A program made the position numbers and the translations under genes. Below, piece after piece: positions 41,878 to 63,094 of a stretch of 64,000 nucleotides of DNA. The DNA comes from the human T2T-CHM13v2.0 reference genome, Homo sapiens, in NCBI GenBank assembly GCA_009914755.4, contig CP086569.2:5280001-5344000 (forward strand). The letters are read 5' to 3'. Position 1 is the stretch's first letter. Every line of letters starts with the position of its first letter. The notes below the pieces were generated by a model. That model had not been told where the DNA came from and made no database searches. It saw only the letters and a list, made by a program, of their open reading frames with translations.

Positions 41878-44404
41878 ATGTTATATTATTGTGTTTACAA
41901 CATGCTGCGCTGAGCAATTTACAGATGTTATATCTAATTTTCAAAATAGTCCTTCTGAAGAAGAGGAATTCCAAACTCACTGTGGAGCTTAAGAAAAAGT
42001 GGGTAACATATTGTGGTGAGAGAGTTAATTAACTTTCCTAAGATCAAAAATTTTAAAGTGCCAAAACAAAAAATCAAGGCCAAGTCAGTCTGACCCTAAG
42101 AATAATGCTTCTCCCAGAACTTTACATCACTTGGATGAAATGTATCCAAGAGTTATTCTCAGCAGTTAAGATTTGGCCACTAAGAAAGTAAGGCTTTCTG
42201 ACAAATCTGCCATAGATGGGCCATTCAGAGAGTGAGCTAAATATAAAGGAAAGAAAATAAGAGGCAAGGCCTCCTGCACTATTTTAATGATATGCACATC
42301 TTTTAAAATGTGTCTTATTTTAATGTCTTTTCCCCCAGAATAACATCAAAGCGACAGGCAATCCATTCTGTAGTTGCTATCCAATGTCATATCTATTTTT
42401 CTCAGTGATGCACTGCTTTTTGACCAAAATAATGATATTTATTAGTTTGGATGAGTCACCTTTTTTTGCATAGTACTCAGCCCACTGGCTTCTTTGAATC
42501 CCTTTCTAGATATACAGGGAATAGTTACTATTAGTCTAGCTCTAAAATTTTATATTATTAAATTGCTCCACAAATGTTGCATCCAGTCATTTCCTCTTCA
42601 TTTTTCTCTCTTAAGGTGTTAGAGAGCTGTGAGCTACATTTTCTTTCTATAAAAAGCAAGAGTAACGTTAGACATCGCTCAGATCTCAGAAGAAAACATG
42701 TTGAATGATGATTGAAATTTGACATTAACTAGTGCTATTGCAGTCTTAACTGAAGGTCACAGGATATGTGACCACCAAAATTCCCTCCTAGACTCAGTGG
42801 TGGATGCCAGAGATTTTCTCCACTGTTTTCCTTATCTGCTTTCGTCACTCTGTCCCATAAAGTTCACAGGGCTTCTCTAAGGGAAGGGTCAGGCACTGTA
42901 GTGAACACTTATCTTTTCTTTTAAAGACTTCCAGAGATAGAGGTTTTGCAGCAGTGAATCAGTATGCCTTTCTGGTAGTTCGCATTGTCATGAAATTCTT
43001 TCTTTTATTTTCACTTTTCTTACTCCCCAATCCAAAGCTTCTTCTCTTTTTGTTTTTCTTCTTTTTATTATCCTTCACCTCACAATCCATCATACATTTG
43101 TTTTTATGTAATTTTTAGCATTTTTTTCAAATGAAATAGGCCATTTTAGATTCTTTTTTATGAATCAATTTTTCAATTAAGGTGAGTTCTTTCTGAGATT
43201 AGAATTTTTTTCTGTATGCAGTACTAGGGAGGTTACAAGCCATATGAGTAAACGCTTAGCACAGAAGACAAGAGATTGGTGTTCGAGAACATTTCAAAAG
43301 TGGCTTCAAATGCAAAACTACACAGAGCAAAATTTCTGTTTTCATTTATTACATATTATATGGAGTTAAATGTTAAATACTATTATACCTCAGTACCGTG
43401 ATTCTGCCTTTATCTTCATTGATTTTAAACAAAAGATCTCTTTTCCATCTTCTCGCTTTAAGTTGCTCTAGAGTTGCGAATCGGGGTTTATAATCTGAAG
43501 CAAATACATCAAGACATAAATCAGGTTAACAGGGGAAAATCCAGATGTCCAAATTCTACTCTACGTCTTTTATCCAAAATTTGAATTATTTGCCTGTTCA
43601 TTTTTCAGAAGCGACTTCTGCAAATACACATTATAGTAAAACGAATGAGACAAGAATATTTATTTTTCTGGCTTATATTCTGATTTCTGACATGTTATCT
43701 TCCAATATGGGTATCTACTGCCCATATTGATATCTACTGCCCATAGCAACTGCCCAGTTGTCAGTAACCCCATCCCTATTTTTGTACCCATTAAAAAAAA
43801 GATTTGTGTTTAGTTTCATTGGAGCAGTAGTTTTCAGCATGAATTTGACCTTTTTTTTTTTTCTAAGACCAATTACTAATTAAATTTATCATCTGGTATT
43901 CTGTTCTTTGTCCCTTCAATAGACTGTTGTTTCAATCTCTTGCCATTCTGTGACTTGACATTCCCTTGAGATGTGATAACTAACTAAAGTTAACTTAATA
44001 GCAGCATAGAAAATTCAGAGAGTATCATCTGTACAAGTGTATGTGTATAGTAATACCTAAAATTTAGTACAGGGCATGTGCTTGTGTCTCTAATCAGGAC
44101 CTTGTGTTTTTGCTATGAGGAACTCTATGATTTCTAATAATTAATCCTCAACCTACCACAGAATTAACTCTGACAGTTGGGAACACCTAAATGTTTTCCC
44201 TACTCAGTTAATATAAAACAGTGCCAGAAAGGAATCCTTAAATGGAAACTTGGAAGAATATTCATAAACTATTACATGTCTTCAATCAACCCACAAAATG
44301 AACTTAAACCTCATTTTTATTAAATGAACTTAACCTTTGTATCTATGCAGTATTACAATTAACATTAGCATAACTCTCTTATTAATTTTGAATTCTTTTT
44401 GTCA

Positions 44405-44869
<465 letters not shown>

Positions 44870-45639
44870 GTAGAATTACTATCTTATCAGTTCTTGGCCA
44901 ACCATGTACACAACTGAATATTGAAAAGTTAATACATTCTTTATCAACCTTGCCTTACAAATATTATAACAATATCCTTTCTTGAAGCTAGTTTTTTGAA
45001 GCTTTAATTGATAACCATTTAAAAGAAAAATATTTCAATAATAATGCAAATTTCGTGAGGGCATGGAATTCATTCATTGGGTCATTTTCTTATTTTTTGC
45101 TCCAATTTTTTAAATTTTAGAAGATTAAACACGGAGTGCTACAGGGTGACCTAAGAATGAATTGGGATACAATACTAACAAATAGAATTCAGTACTTGGG
45201 CTCCAGATTCCCTGTTGCTCCCTGTAGCCAAATCTTTTTCAGGGATCAGAATATAATAGGTCAGTATCTGAACTTTGAAGAGTATCTGCCCTTAAAATAA
45301 AATTCATTCTTAATTCATCACGGGAGATGTATGTCCTCGTAGGCTGACTTTAGCATTTTTTTTCTTTTTTCTTCTACAACCTGCAACATAACATTTGGTA
45401 TATGGTTCCAGTTCTATGATCATTAGCAGCCTTTGGAGTACTGTAGGTGTGGCAAAAATGAAGTGAAGAAAAGAAGAATTTTCAAATTCCTTCATGAAGC
45501 TAAGACTTTAGGAGAATTGAGATTTTTTTAATAAGCTCTACTCTAATTGCTTGCTTAATAGTTCATGTTTACAATGGGGAGCCATTGTTCGCACACTACC
45601 CATCTGACAAGTGATTCATAACCAGAATATATAAGGAGC

Positions 45640-46690
45640 TCAAATAACTCAATAGGAAAATATTAATAATACCATCAGAAATGGGCAAAATATATCCATA
45701 GACATTTCTGAAAAGAAGACACCCAAATCTCATACAAGCATCTGAAAAAGTGCTCAGCATCATTGAACATCAGATAAATGCAAATCCAAACTGCAATGAG
45801 ATATCCTCTCACCCCAGTTAAAATGGCTTTTATCCAAAAGGCAGGCAATACCATATGCTAGTGCAGATGTGGAGAGAAGGGAACCCTAGTACCGTGTTGG
45901 TGGAAATGTAAATTAGTACAACCACTATAGAGAACAGTTTGGAGTTCCCTCAAAAAAACAAAAATTGAGCTACCATATGATCCAGCAATCCCATTGCTTG
46001 ATATATACCAAAAAGAAAGGAAAACAGTATATTGAAGAGACATTTGCACTCCTATGTTTGTTGCAGCACTGTTTACAATAGCTAAGATTTGTAAGCAACC
46101 CAACTTTCCATCAACAGATGAATGGAGAAAGAAAATGTGGTACATACACACAGTGGTATACTATTTAGCCATAGCAAAGAATGAGCTCTTGCCATTTGCG
46201 ACAACACCTATGGAACTGAAGATCATTATGTTAAGTGAAATAAACCAGGTGCAGAAAGACAAACATTGCATGTTCCCACTTTTTTGTGGGATCTAAAAAT
46301 AAAATCAATTGAACTCAGGAAGGTAGAAAGTTGAAGGATGGTTACCAGAGTCTGGGAAGGGTAGCCGGGGTTTGGGATGAGGTGGAGATGGTTAGTGGGC
46401 CCAAAAATACAGAAAGAACAAATAAAACCTACAATTTGATGACACAATAGCGTCACTATAATCAATAATAACTTAATTGTACATTTTTAAATAACTTAAA
46501 AAGTGTAATTGGATTGTTTTAAATTCAAAGGATAAATGCTTGAGGGGAGAAATATCTCATTCCCCATGATGAGATTATTTCACTTTGCATGCCTGTATCA
46601 AAACATCTCAGGTACCCCATGAATATATACACCTGGTATGTACCCACAAAAATTAAATAAAAAATTAGAAATTAAAAAAAAAAGTATTAT
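45640..46690 (+). mobile_element. Old LINE-1 3' end (L1M/L1PB-type; ORF2 C-terminus plus 3'UTR), plus orientation
   Basis: ...CAAATCCAAACTGCAATGAGATATCCTCTCACCCCAGTTAAAATGGCTTTTATCCAAAAGGCAGGCAATA..GCTAGTGCAGATGTGGAGAGAAGGGAACCCT...GTGGTATACTATTTAGCCATAGCAAAGAATGAGCTCTTGCCATTTGCGACAACACCTATGGAACTGAAGATCATTATGTTAAGTGAAATAAACCAGGTGCAGAAAGACAAACATTGCATGTTCCCACT...TTACCAGAGTCTGGGAAGGGTAGC; track ORF 46054..46296 is the ORF2p C-terminal fragment. Confidence 0.85.
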
Positions 46691-47511
46691 GATTTCAATT
46701 CCCATGAAGAATATTTGAAATTAGTGAACACATTTTTTCTTGCTAAATTACACATGGTATTATTAACATATCTTTAGAAAGGTTATAACTTATTTTAAAG
46801 CACTAGACACTGTCTCAAATGAGCCAGTCTTATTTACTATAATAAGCTAGAAAATTAGCCCTAAAATTAATTTACTTTAAAACATTTATCAGACCCTAAA
46901 GCTAAAAGAAAATACTTTTTAAAAGAGCAACACATAAAATATATTCTCCTATTTAAAAATCCTGCCCATGAGAAGGGATCTAACATAATTGAGTATTTCT
47001 TGGGAAGAACATTTACTCATGTATTCAAGATCCAACTGAATTGTTCAGCCCAAATATCTGAATTTTACTTTGCTGACAGAACTAAGTTTCTTCATTTCAA
47101 GCAGTAATATCCAGCATATTGGATATTATAGATTTATAATGAATAAATGAAAGAGTACATGAGTGAATTAAGTGGACCCTTATCTGACATATTTCAAGAT
47201 AGCTCTTTTAGCATAAGGGGCATTCTACATTTCGGGGTGAATTATTAGAACTACTTCTAAATGTACTCTTATTCCCAGACACGAATCATAAACAGAATGA
47301 GATTGATAACTGGGGGATTAATAGTGAAAACGGTCTCTTTATTTGATTAAAAGAATTTGCGTCATTTTTCTAGAACAGGAGTATACATAATGTACCTAGC
47401 AAAATTAAAGAGAAGATTTAGTTTAAGAAAATAAAAATTATATGCACACACACATATACAGACATACGCACATGTGCATATCCTACATGTATTTAATGAG
47501 TCCTAAGTTGT

Positions 47512-47835
<324 letters not shown>

Positions 47836-50800
47836 TGATGGGAATCCTTAGAGAAATTCCAGTTCAACCCATTTCCATATAATCCTGCCAGTGTTATTAT
47901 ATTTCTCTATATTTTAATAAGAATTCAAATTATTATGTCAAAATCTCTAAGAAAAGAAGACGTAATGTTTTAATGAAGTTTTAAGTATGAAAAAAAGAAC
48001 ATTCAGTTGTCTTTTAAAAATACTACCTACAAATGCATACTGTAACTCTGGTGACAAAATGAGAATATCAGCATTAAGACCCAGAAAATAAGGTGCATGT
48101 TAAGCCCTATTATTTGTAACATTATTAATTGGTGAAAGATAAGTGCAGGATTGATAAAGGTCACAGAGGGATATGCTGCATGAGATAATTAGATCCACAT
48201 ACTTTAAACAAACCCAGCCTTACGTTAGATTTAGATCGCTGTCTGAACTAAAGGGTAGAATGCTTTAATGCACCACTTTATCCTGAGCATTATATTTCAC
48301 ACTGTGGAAAGTTGCCATTTTTATGGGTTTATAGGATGAAAAAATTTTCTGGAGAAAAAAACACAGTAGGATTGATGTTTACCGAAATAGGCAGTGATTA
48401 GCGAGCCATCTGTGTTGATGTAACAGGCACATCACCATTGTTTGTTTCTGGATGAGTTATTAATGCTAGATGCATCAGTCATGGTTTCCATCATTAATTT
48501 AGATTTATTCCATGGCTGAAAAGGTTATTCTAACAGTGGAACATGCCTGTGATACCTTTCAGAGAAATGCTAATCACAGTCCACTGAATCTGTATGTATT
48601 ATTTAGTGCCATTACCAATCCTAAAGCTTTCTAGATTTTTACTTCTCTATTATTTGTGTTCATAGATCTTGGTAATGCTATATAGCATTCACACTATGAT
48701 AATAAAGAGCAACTATAGGAGTTATAGCCAGTCTAGGGTCTTGCTCAGAGTAGCATTGAGATGGGAGAGAATGTGCAGAGGATTAAGGAATTTAAAATTA
48801 TGAATAATTAGACATAAATAGCACAGAACAGGTCACACATCTGTTGGCTAAGTGTCAGTGATTGAGGAAAAAGAAAAAAATAATTACCTTACTCGAAGAT
48901 CGATAAGCAGAGACCAGCATTTCCTAAAGTATGTTCTATTGAAGACTAATACAAGGAGATACTTTTAAAAGTAAAAATAAATAAATAAAGGTGCAGTGGT
49001 CTATTGTGTTTGGGAATAAGAACATAAAACTGGAATTATCTATGACTTGAGTCAATAATGACATCCATTATTGATGATAACAGTTCTTTTCTAGGTTTGG
49101 TAGAAATAATAATCGAAAGTTACCTTATGTGAGGATTTACCAGAAATAAACAGTCAAAGGACTTCTCTATAAAATATCATTTCTTAGCGAGCATTGACCT
49201 CTTTTTTGTGACATATGGGTTTGTAAATTAAAAAGTATGTAATAGACCTAAGGATATAAAAACAAGTGATTCAAAATACTCTGATGAAAAGAAAAGAAAC
49301 CTTTGAACCAAAGAAGTGGCTTTCAATTTAGATGGTTCTCAAAGACTGAAAACATTTTTTAAAGATTAGCAATTTTTGTTTATTGTTCTTTAAACCCCAA
49401 AGTCGAGGTGCAGATTAACCCTTCTAATTAGGCTTCATCTATGGGGGAGTACAAATTGTTTCAAAGATTCAAAATCATTTGAATATTTACTATTTTGCAA
49501 ACAGCTGGATTCCCTTGCTCTTTTACCTGTAAAGTGTATGAATGCAAAACTTCTAGGAAATGGTGGGGAAGAGCATACACCCCCACCAAAACAGGCCTTG
49601 CATTGTTGTTATTTTACCGTTTATAAAAACCTTCCTACGATGATAGATTTAATCTATAGCTGTGAGGCAGGAGAAATCCCAGAGATGGTTGTTTGCAATA
49701 CTAAGAGTAAGTTTAGCATTTTCCTAATTCTATGTCATGCATGCCCCTTTTAAAGATACTATGGCCTCTAGTACATAAGTTACAGTAATTCTTCACAATA
49801 GTTCGGTGCTTGAAGAATGAGATGGCAGACATTTTAAAAGATGTAGAAGGAATGCTTCAGCCACAAATATTCCAAAGATATAATATTTTATCCCTGGGTG
49901 ATGAATATTTGAATCGATTGTTTTTAGCTTAAGTTTTTTTTCATGTCTTCTAAAACTGATTACCATAGAAACAATTGTATTAGTCATGAAATTATCAGAT
50001 TTAGTTATCAGGTTGTTTACAAAACTTCAAGCATTGTAAATTATCTTTTCCATATGGAAAGTAACATAGATGGAGATCGTTTCAGTGCATCTTAAACTAT
50101 ATTGGTGGCCAATATAGAATGCAATTTTTTTTATAATTCTCAAGTTAATATAATACCGTAGGTTTTTCTTAATCCTCATGTTAATGCATTATTTTCAAAA
50201 ATTACAATTTTTATATTGCGAGAAACACTTCAATGAAGCTCCCACATGTGAGAAAAACACTAGAAATAGAAAGGCTTCCTTAAACCACATAAAAAATCAA
50301 CTTAGTAGGAATGAATCATTAATTTAAAAGTGCATGTGTGTGCACACACAGAGAGTTTTATCAACTCCTATGAGATTTCTTGTAAGAATTTAAGACTAAA
50401 TGTGATGTCTCAAATTAAAATTAACTCTGTAAGTAAAACTCTGCAGTGTACCAAGAACAAAGGGTAAGGAATACATAGGTACCATCAAAATTACCAGAGA
50501 CTCCTTTCAGTAGAATGTCAGTGTTCCAATTTTTCTTAACTTTAGATGTCAAAGTTATTAGCTCCATAGGTGAATATAATTTCCTGTAATGTAAATAATT
50601 GACTAAAGTTTACTGTTTTTTGAACATCTGAACTCTGTGTGAAGACCGTCAGTGAATTTATGTGTTTAATTCATAAAGATATTTTTACATATTATTAGCT
50701 TAAGCCATCTTATTTGCTATTAACAATGAGTATCATGCTATGAAAATTTCCTCAACCAGATTTTATAAAAAATTGACATATGAAGTTTTTTAATGAATAT

Positions 50801-51937
50801 ATTAAATAAGCAGCTAAATACTGATACTAATACTGAAAAAAAAATTGACAATATTTGACATACCAGAGAACTTGAAATGAAAAATATTAATATTAAGTGA
50901 CTGACCCATTTATATAATCTTCCTTAGTTCTGAGCTTTTCTGGATTTAGTGAGAGCCTTATATTGTCACAGAAATAAAGTCAATTATATTTCAGAGAAAA
51001 AATCATGAAAGATCATGACCTAACAGTATGCCCAAGGGATTGGAAATAAAAATATCTTTGAGTTTATTAATCTCACTAGTGTGGATAATATAATGTGTAC
51101 TTTCCATTGGTGTTGTAAGAATAAATAGAATTTTTGTCTTGTTACTATAATGTATTGGTGATGATAACACAGAGCCACCTCAATACTACAGGGACAAAGT
51201 GGACACTGGAGAAAATAAGGTCTAGTAAGTGGAATTTCATGAAAGAAAGATATACCAATAGAAATACATTTTAATTTAGGACCTCTGGTACCTTGAAAGG
51301 ATCTGGTCTGCCTTTTTCTACTTCAAGTTGCCATTGTTTAGCTGATGTATAAAGTTTGGCTTCTGATAAATGTAGTTCTTATTCTCCCAGAGTTACCCAG
51401 AGAAGGAGAGGACATCAATAGGAAACTCTTTTAAGACAGAGATTATTGCCTTAGCCTAAATTTCTATTAGATTTATTTTCTCCTTAAGAAATTAGAGACA
51501 TAATGATATCTTTATTATTCAAATACAAGGAGTGATTCTAAGATTCCTTCATTTCTTAAAGAAAATTTTCTTTATTAAATACAATATACTAGTGGACACC
51601 ATACAATCATTATCATCCACTAAGTCTATACTGCATTTAAGCATATATGAGAATAGACAGTAAAGACAAGATATGTTTAGTTGTTCTGAGAAGAATAAAT
51701 TAGGAAAGAGTAGAAATGGAAGAAGAGATACAGGTTAGGTTCATGTAAAAAAACAACATGAAAAGTGAAAAGATGCTTACCTTTGGAGGCAGTGAGATTT
51801 AATAATATATTAAAAGGGATGTAGGATAAGTTGGGGAGTAATATATTTAACAAGAAGAAAGTTCTCCTCCTTCATTTAAAAAAAAAAAAAGGAGAAGGCA
51901 AAGCAAGATGGTGGAATAGAAAACTCCACCAATTCTC

Positions 51938-52307
51938 CCCCTGTATTAGTTCCTTTTCACATGCTGATAAAGACATACATAAGACTGGGCAATTTACATA
52001 AGAAAGAGGTCTAATTGGGTTCACAATTCCACATGGCTGCAGAGACCTCACAGTCATGGCAAAAGGCTAGGAGGAGCTAGTCATGTCTTACATGGATGGA
52101 AGCAGGCAAACAGAGAGCTTGTGCAGGGCAACTCTTGTTTTTAAAGCTATCAGGTCTCATGAGACCCATTCTCTATCATGGGAATAGCACAGGAAAGACC
52201 CACCTCCATAATTCAATCATCTCCCACTGGGTCCCTCCCACAACACATGGGAATTATGAGAGCTACAAGATGAGATTTGGGTGAGGATACACAGCCAAAC
52301 CATATTA
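51938..52307 (-). mobile_element. Solo LTR of the MaLR family (MST/THE1-like, more diverged than the copy at 14833), minus orientation
   Basis: TGTATTAGTTCCTTTTCACATGCTGATAAAGACATACATAAGACTGGGCAATTTA....CACATGGCTGCAGAGACCTCACAGTCATGGCAAAAGGC...CAGGTCTCATGAGACCCATTCTCTATCATGGGAATAGCACAGGAAAGACCCACCTCCATAATTCAATCATCTCCCACTGGGTCCCTCCCACAACACATGGGAATTATGAGAGCTACAAGATGAGATTTGGGTGAGGATACACAGCCAAACCATATTA matches the reverse complement of the THE1/MST LTR. Confidence 0.8.
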
Positions 52308-52934
52308 CCCCCACACAATAACAGGCTTTATAGAACACCATATCATTTTCAAAACAGAATATAAATTAAATGTCTTTGGGAGGAAAAAGTAAAAAAGGTA
52401 AATTGTAGTAAAACATAGCCATAATACTTGTGATGTTATCACATAATTTTATGTGTACAATAAAAATGTCCCTAATAAATATTTTGAATACTCTATAACA
52501 GGTCCTGCTCTGGGAAGTTGAGGTCTACCAGAGGACAAACTAGAAAAAAAAAAATGTCCTACTTAACATAAAAGAATATGCTATCAAGAAAGCTGAGGAT
52601 GTTACAGATGGTCTCTCTGTGAAAGTAATATTTAAGTTTATTCCTGAAGGTTTATTAACACTGGGTGTGTAGATGTGGGAAGGATTTCTAGGTGGAGAAA
52701 ACAGCTTGTACAAAAGCCCTGAAATGAACATGCTTAGCATGTTGGAAGAACCGACAGAAGACCTGTGAATCCAGAGCAAGGATTTCAAAGGGGACAGGCA
52801 CTTAAATTTTAGTGGTGAAAGAAAGACAATAAATATATAAGATAAGCAAATTTTATTATTTGCTAATTTGCTCTCTCAAATTTTATAGCATGTTAAAAGA
52901 TGTTGAGTGCTGTATAGAAACATAGTGCAGAGTA

Positions 52935-54900
52935 ATATTTGCTGTTCTGCAGCCTCCGCTGGTGATACCCAGGCAAACAGGGTCTGGAGTGGACCTCCAG
53001 CAGACACCAACAGACCTGCAGCTGAGGGTCCTGACTGTTAGAAGGAAAACTAACAAACAGAAAGGAATAGCATCAACACCAACAAAAAGGACATCCACAC
53101 CAAAACCCCATCTGTAGGTCACCATCATCAAAGACCAAAGGTAGATAAAACCACAAAGATGGGGAGAAACCAGAGCAGAAAAGCTGAAAATTCTGAAAAC
53201 CAGAGCTCCTCTTCTCCTCCAAAGGATCGCAGCTCCTCACCAGCAATGGAACAAAGCTGGACAGAGAATGACTTTGACGAGTTGACAGAAGTAGGCTTCA
53301 GAAGATCAGTAATAACAAACTTCTCTGAGCTAAAGGAGGATGTTTGAACCCATCGCAAATAAGTTAAAAACCTTGAAAAAATATTAGACGAATAGCTAAC
53401 TAGAATAAACAGTGTAGAGAAGACCTTAAATGACCCGATGGAGCTGAAAACCATGGCACGAGAACTACGTGATGCATGCACAAGCTTCAGTAGCCAATTC
53501 GATCAAGTGGAAGAAAGGGTATCAGTGATTGAAGATCAAATAAATGAAATGAAGCGAGAAGAGAAGTTTAGAGAAAAAAAGCGTAAAAATAAACGAGCAA
53601 AGCCTCCAAGGCATATGGGCCTATGTGAAAAGACCAAATCTACGTTTGATTGGTATACCTGAAAGTGACGGGGAGAATGGAACCAAGTTGGAAAACACTC
53701 TTCAGGATATTATCGAGGAGAACTTCCCCAACCTAGCAAGGCAGGCCAACATTCAAATTCAGGAAATACAGAGAACACCACAAAGATACTCCTCGAGAAG
53801 AGCAACCCCAAGATACATAATTGTCAGATTCACCAAGGTTGAAATGAAGGAAAAAATGTTAAGGCAGCCAGAGAGAAAGGTCAGGTTACCCACAAAGGGA
53901 AGCCCGTCAGACTAACAGCAGATCTCTCAGCAGAAACTCTACAAGCCAGAAGAGAGTGGGGGCCAATATTCAACATTCTTAAAAAAAGAATTTTCAACCC
54001 AGAATTTTATATCCAGCCAAACTAAGCTTCATAAATGAAGGAGAAATAAAATCCTTTACAGACAAGCAAATGTTGAGAGATTTTGTCACCACCAGGCCTG
54101 CCTTACAAGAGCTCCTGAAGGAAGCACTAAACATGGAAAGGAACAACCAGTACCAGCCACTACAAACACATGCCAAATCAAAACCACAGTGAGATACCAT
54201 CTCACACCAGTCATAACGGCAACTACTAAAAAGTCAAAATACAACAGATGATGGTAAGGTTTCAGAGAAAAGCAACACTAATACACTGTTGGTTGCAATG
54301 TAAATTAGCTCAACCACTGTGGAAAGTAGTGTGGTGATTCCTCAAAGAGCTAAAAGCAGAACTATCATTCAACCTAGCAATTCCAGTACTGGGTATATAC
54401 CCAAAGGAATATAGATAATTCTACTGTAAAGACTCATGCACATGTATATTCATGGCAGCATTATTCACAATACAACGACATGCAATCAACCTACATACCC
54501 ATCAACGGTGCACTGGATAAAGAAAACGTGGTATATATACATCATGGAATACTACACAGCCATAAAAAAGAATGAGGTCATGTCCTTTGGAGGAACACAG
54601 ATGAAGCCGGAGGCCATTATCCTTAGCAAACTAACATGGGAACAGAAAACCAAATACCGCATGTTCTCACTTATCAGTGTAAGCTAAATAATGAGAATAC
54701 ATAGACATATAGAGGGGAAAAACAGACACCGGGGCATATGGGAAGGTAAAGGGTGAGAGGAGGGAGATGATTAGGAAAAATAACTAATGGGTACTAGGCT
54801 TAATACCTGGGTGATGAAACAATCTGTAAAACAAACCCCTATGACACAAACAACCCTGCAAATGTACTCTTGAACTAAAAAGTTATTTAATATGTAAATT
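52935..54900 (+). mobile_element. LINE-1 (L1PA-type), plus orientation: 3' part of 5'UTR, then ORF1 (disrupted by stops), then an internal ~3.7-kb deletion that joins the ORF1 C-terminus directly to the ORF2 C-terminus and 3'UTR (junction at about 54170-54180)
   Basis: CAGCAGACACCAACAGACCTGCAGCTGAGGGTCCTGACTGTTAGAAGGAAAACTAACAAACAGAAAGG...ACCACAAAGATGGGGAGAAACCAGAGCAGAAAAGCTGAAAA; ORF1 fragments are track ORFs 53159..53347, 53438..53662 and 53625..53915; then ...CAGCCACTACAAACACATGCCAAATCAAAACCACAGTGAGATACCATCTCACACCAGT where the ORF1 end (..QPLQ.HAK) abuts the ORF2 segment (MRYHLTPV...); the 3' end reads ...CCCTGCAAATGTACTCTTGAACTAAAAAG. Confidence 0.85.
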
Positions 54901-55195
54901 AAATTAGATCATATCATTGAGTATTAGGCAATTAGAAATTGAGGCAAAGATAGGAATACGATCCAATACTGCCATATAGTACCAGTAAGAATACACATTT
55001 GAGAACACTACTCTAATTTAAATGTAATGATCACAAAATAATCACAAAAATATTCACAAAAATAATCTTCTTAAGTCTTTCCTATCCTAAAATTGACAAA
55101 AGATTTTAAGAAGCTTAATTACCTTATCAAAAATTTTGCATAAGCTTGGTGAATAAAATACATTTCAGAGTTCATCCTTTCAACTTGATATTTGG

Positions 55196-60850
<5,655 letters not shown>

Positions 60851-60951
60851 CTTCTTATACCACCCTCTTTAGATTTTTTTCTTAAGCTTTTATTTATTTT
60901 AAACAAGAAGTTCTTTAAAAAAATAACTCAATTAAAAAAAAAAACTATTCA

Positions 60952-61278
<327 letters not shown>

Positions 61279-62813
61279 TCAGGGAGATGTCAGTTTATTT
61301 CAAATGTACTTTATATAATTATATTTTATAGCATATTCTCACACTACATATTTAAGATGAAATTTGTAAATGTGATTAAATTTCACTTAAAAATTATTGA
61401 ATTGAATAAACTGAAATTCAACACCTATTCCACTGAATTTTACTCTACCTGATGAGTATTTTGGCATTGCAGAGAAAATCTCTTTTTTTGAAAGGAACTC
61501 ATTAAATATCACTTTTGCATCAATATTAGGACCTTTTAATATGTAGTTGCACATTAGGAGATGATGAAGAGTTGCCTGCAGTTCTGCACACAAATACTAA
61601 TCTTCATCCCAATGATTTCCAAACTTTTGACTTTACAATTATCTGTATTACCATACTTTATGTTATATTGTTGGAACACTGGGACCACTAGCACCTTTTA
61701 AAATGTCCATAAATTAGAATAAAATTATAATAAAACCACATTTTTATATTTTTTCCCAAGAGTTTATAATAGAAGACTAAGTTTTGTGGGATTCACAATA
61801 TATTATCAATGTATGTTTCTTGAAAATCATTTAGAATGAGAAAATAATTTGAAGTCAACTAATATATATGTCTCCTTTTACATGAAAGATAAAACATTAT
61901 TTTCTGTGAATGTAGGTAAAATAACTTCAACAAATGGAAATTTTTACCTTTAAAAAAGATTGTCATTTATTTTCTGGTAACTGTTGTACTCTGAAAAATC
62001 TAAAGCCTCTCTAGTGGCAGAAATCTACAAAATTCAATACAGGTTTAATATAAAGAATACATGATCTTTAAAAAAGTGCAATAAAGAAAATATTGTTTTA
62101 GTCTCTTGAGAGCCATCTTTCTAGATTTTTCAAAGTATAGACAAAATTGAAGTGTTTCAACCAATTCTGTTATTAACAATCCTGAACAGGATTATTAATC
62201 ATAAGACATCAAAATTCTTTAGCCTTCAATTTTATCCTTTACAAAATATACTTCTTAAATCCAGATTATAACACCACTCACTTCCACTTTTCCATTTAGA
62301 ATAAAAGGAACTAGTGAGATTATATGATTTCTACAAGTATTTAAAAAATATTCCAAATTACAAATCAGTGTAAAATCTCCTGAATATCAGGACACTGCAT
62401 TTCTTAATCATACAATAATAATATTGTCCTTTAAAATTTTGGCTTTTAATAACTTTTTAAACTTTATTTTTAAACATTATAACTTCCTCTAGACATGTAC
62501 TTCTCCAATCGTGATTGAAAGCAAATATTACATAAAATTGACTTGCAAAATATCACAGTAACATAGTTCTTAATACAGCACTATATTTTATTCATATCAA
62601 CATCTTTTGACACAATTTTTCTAAAAGAAGACGTTAAGAACTTGTTAAGAATACACATGAAAAGAGATTTTGTTTTTAATCCTACCTTTCCTATAAACCC
62701 TAGTAATCAGAAAGTAGAAAGAAATATCTAGCTAACTCATTTTTTAAAAACACTCTAAATAGACTAGAAGCTATGATATGAATTCATGAAATTGGTATCA
62801 GGGTCATTATTTA

Positions 62814-63094
<281 letters not shown>

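Noticed and set aside
52883-53131. Minus-strand 82-aa ORF (MMMVTYRWGFGVDVLFVGVDAIPFCLLVFLLTVRTLSCRSVG…) resembling the plus-strand ORF at 11313..11615
   Set aside because: Both are the same antisense read-through of the L1 5'UTR/ORF1-start region in two different L1 copies; they are repeat-derived and not independent genes.
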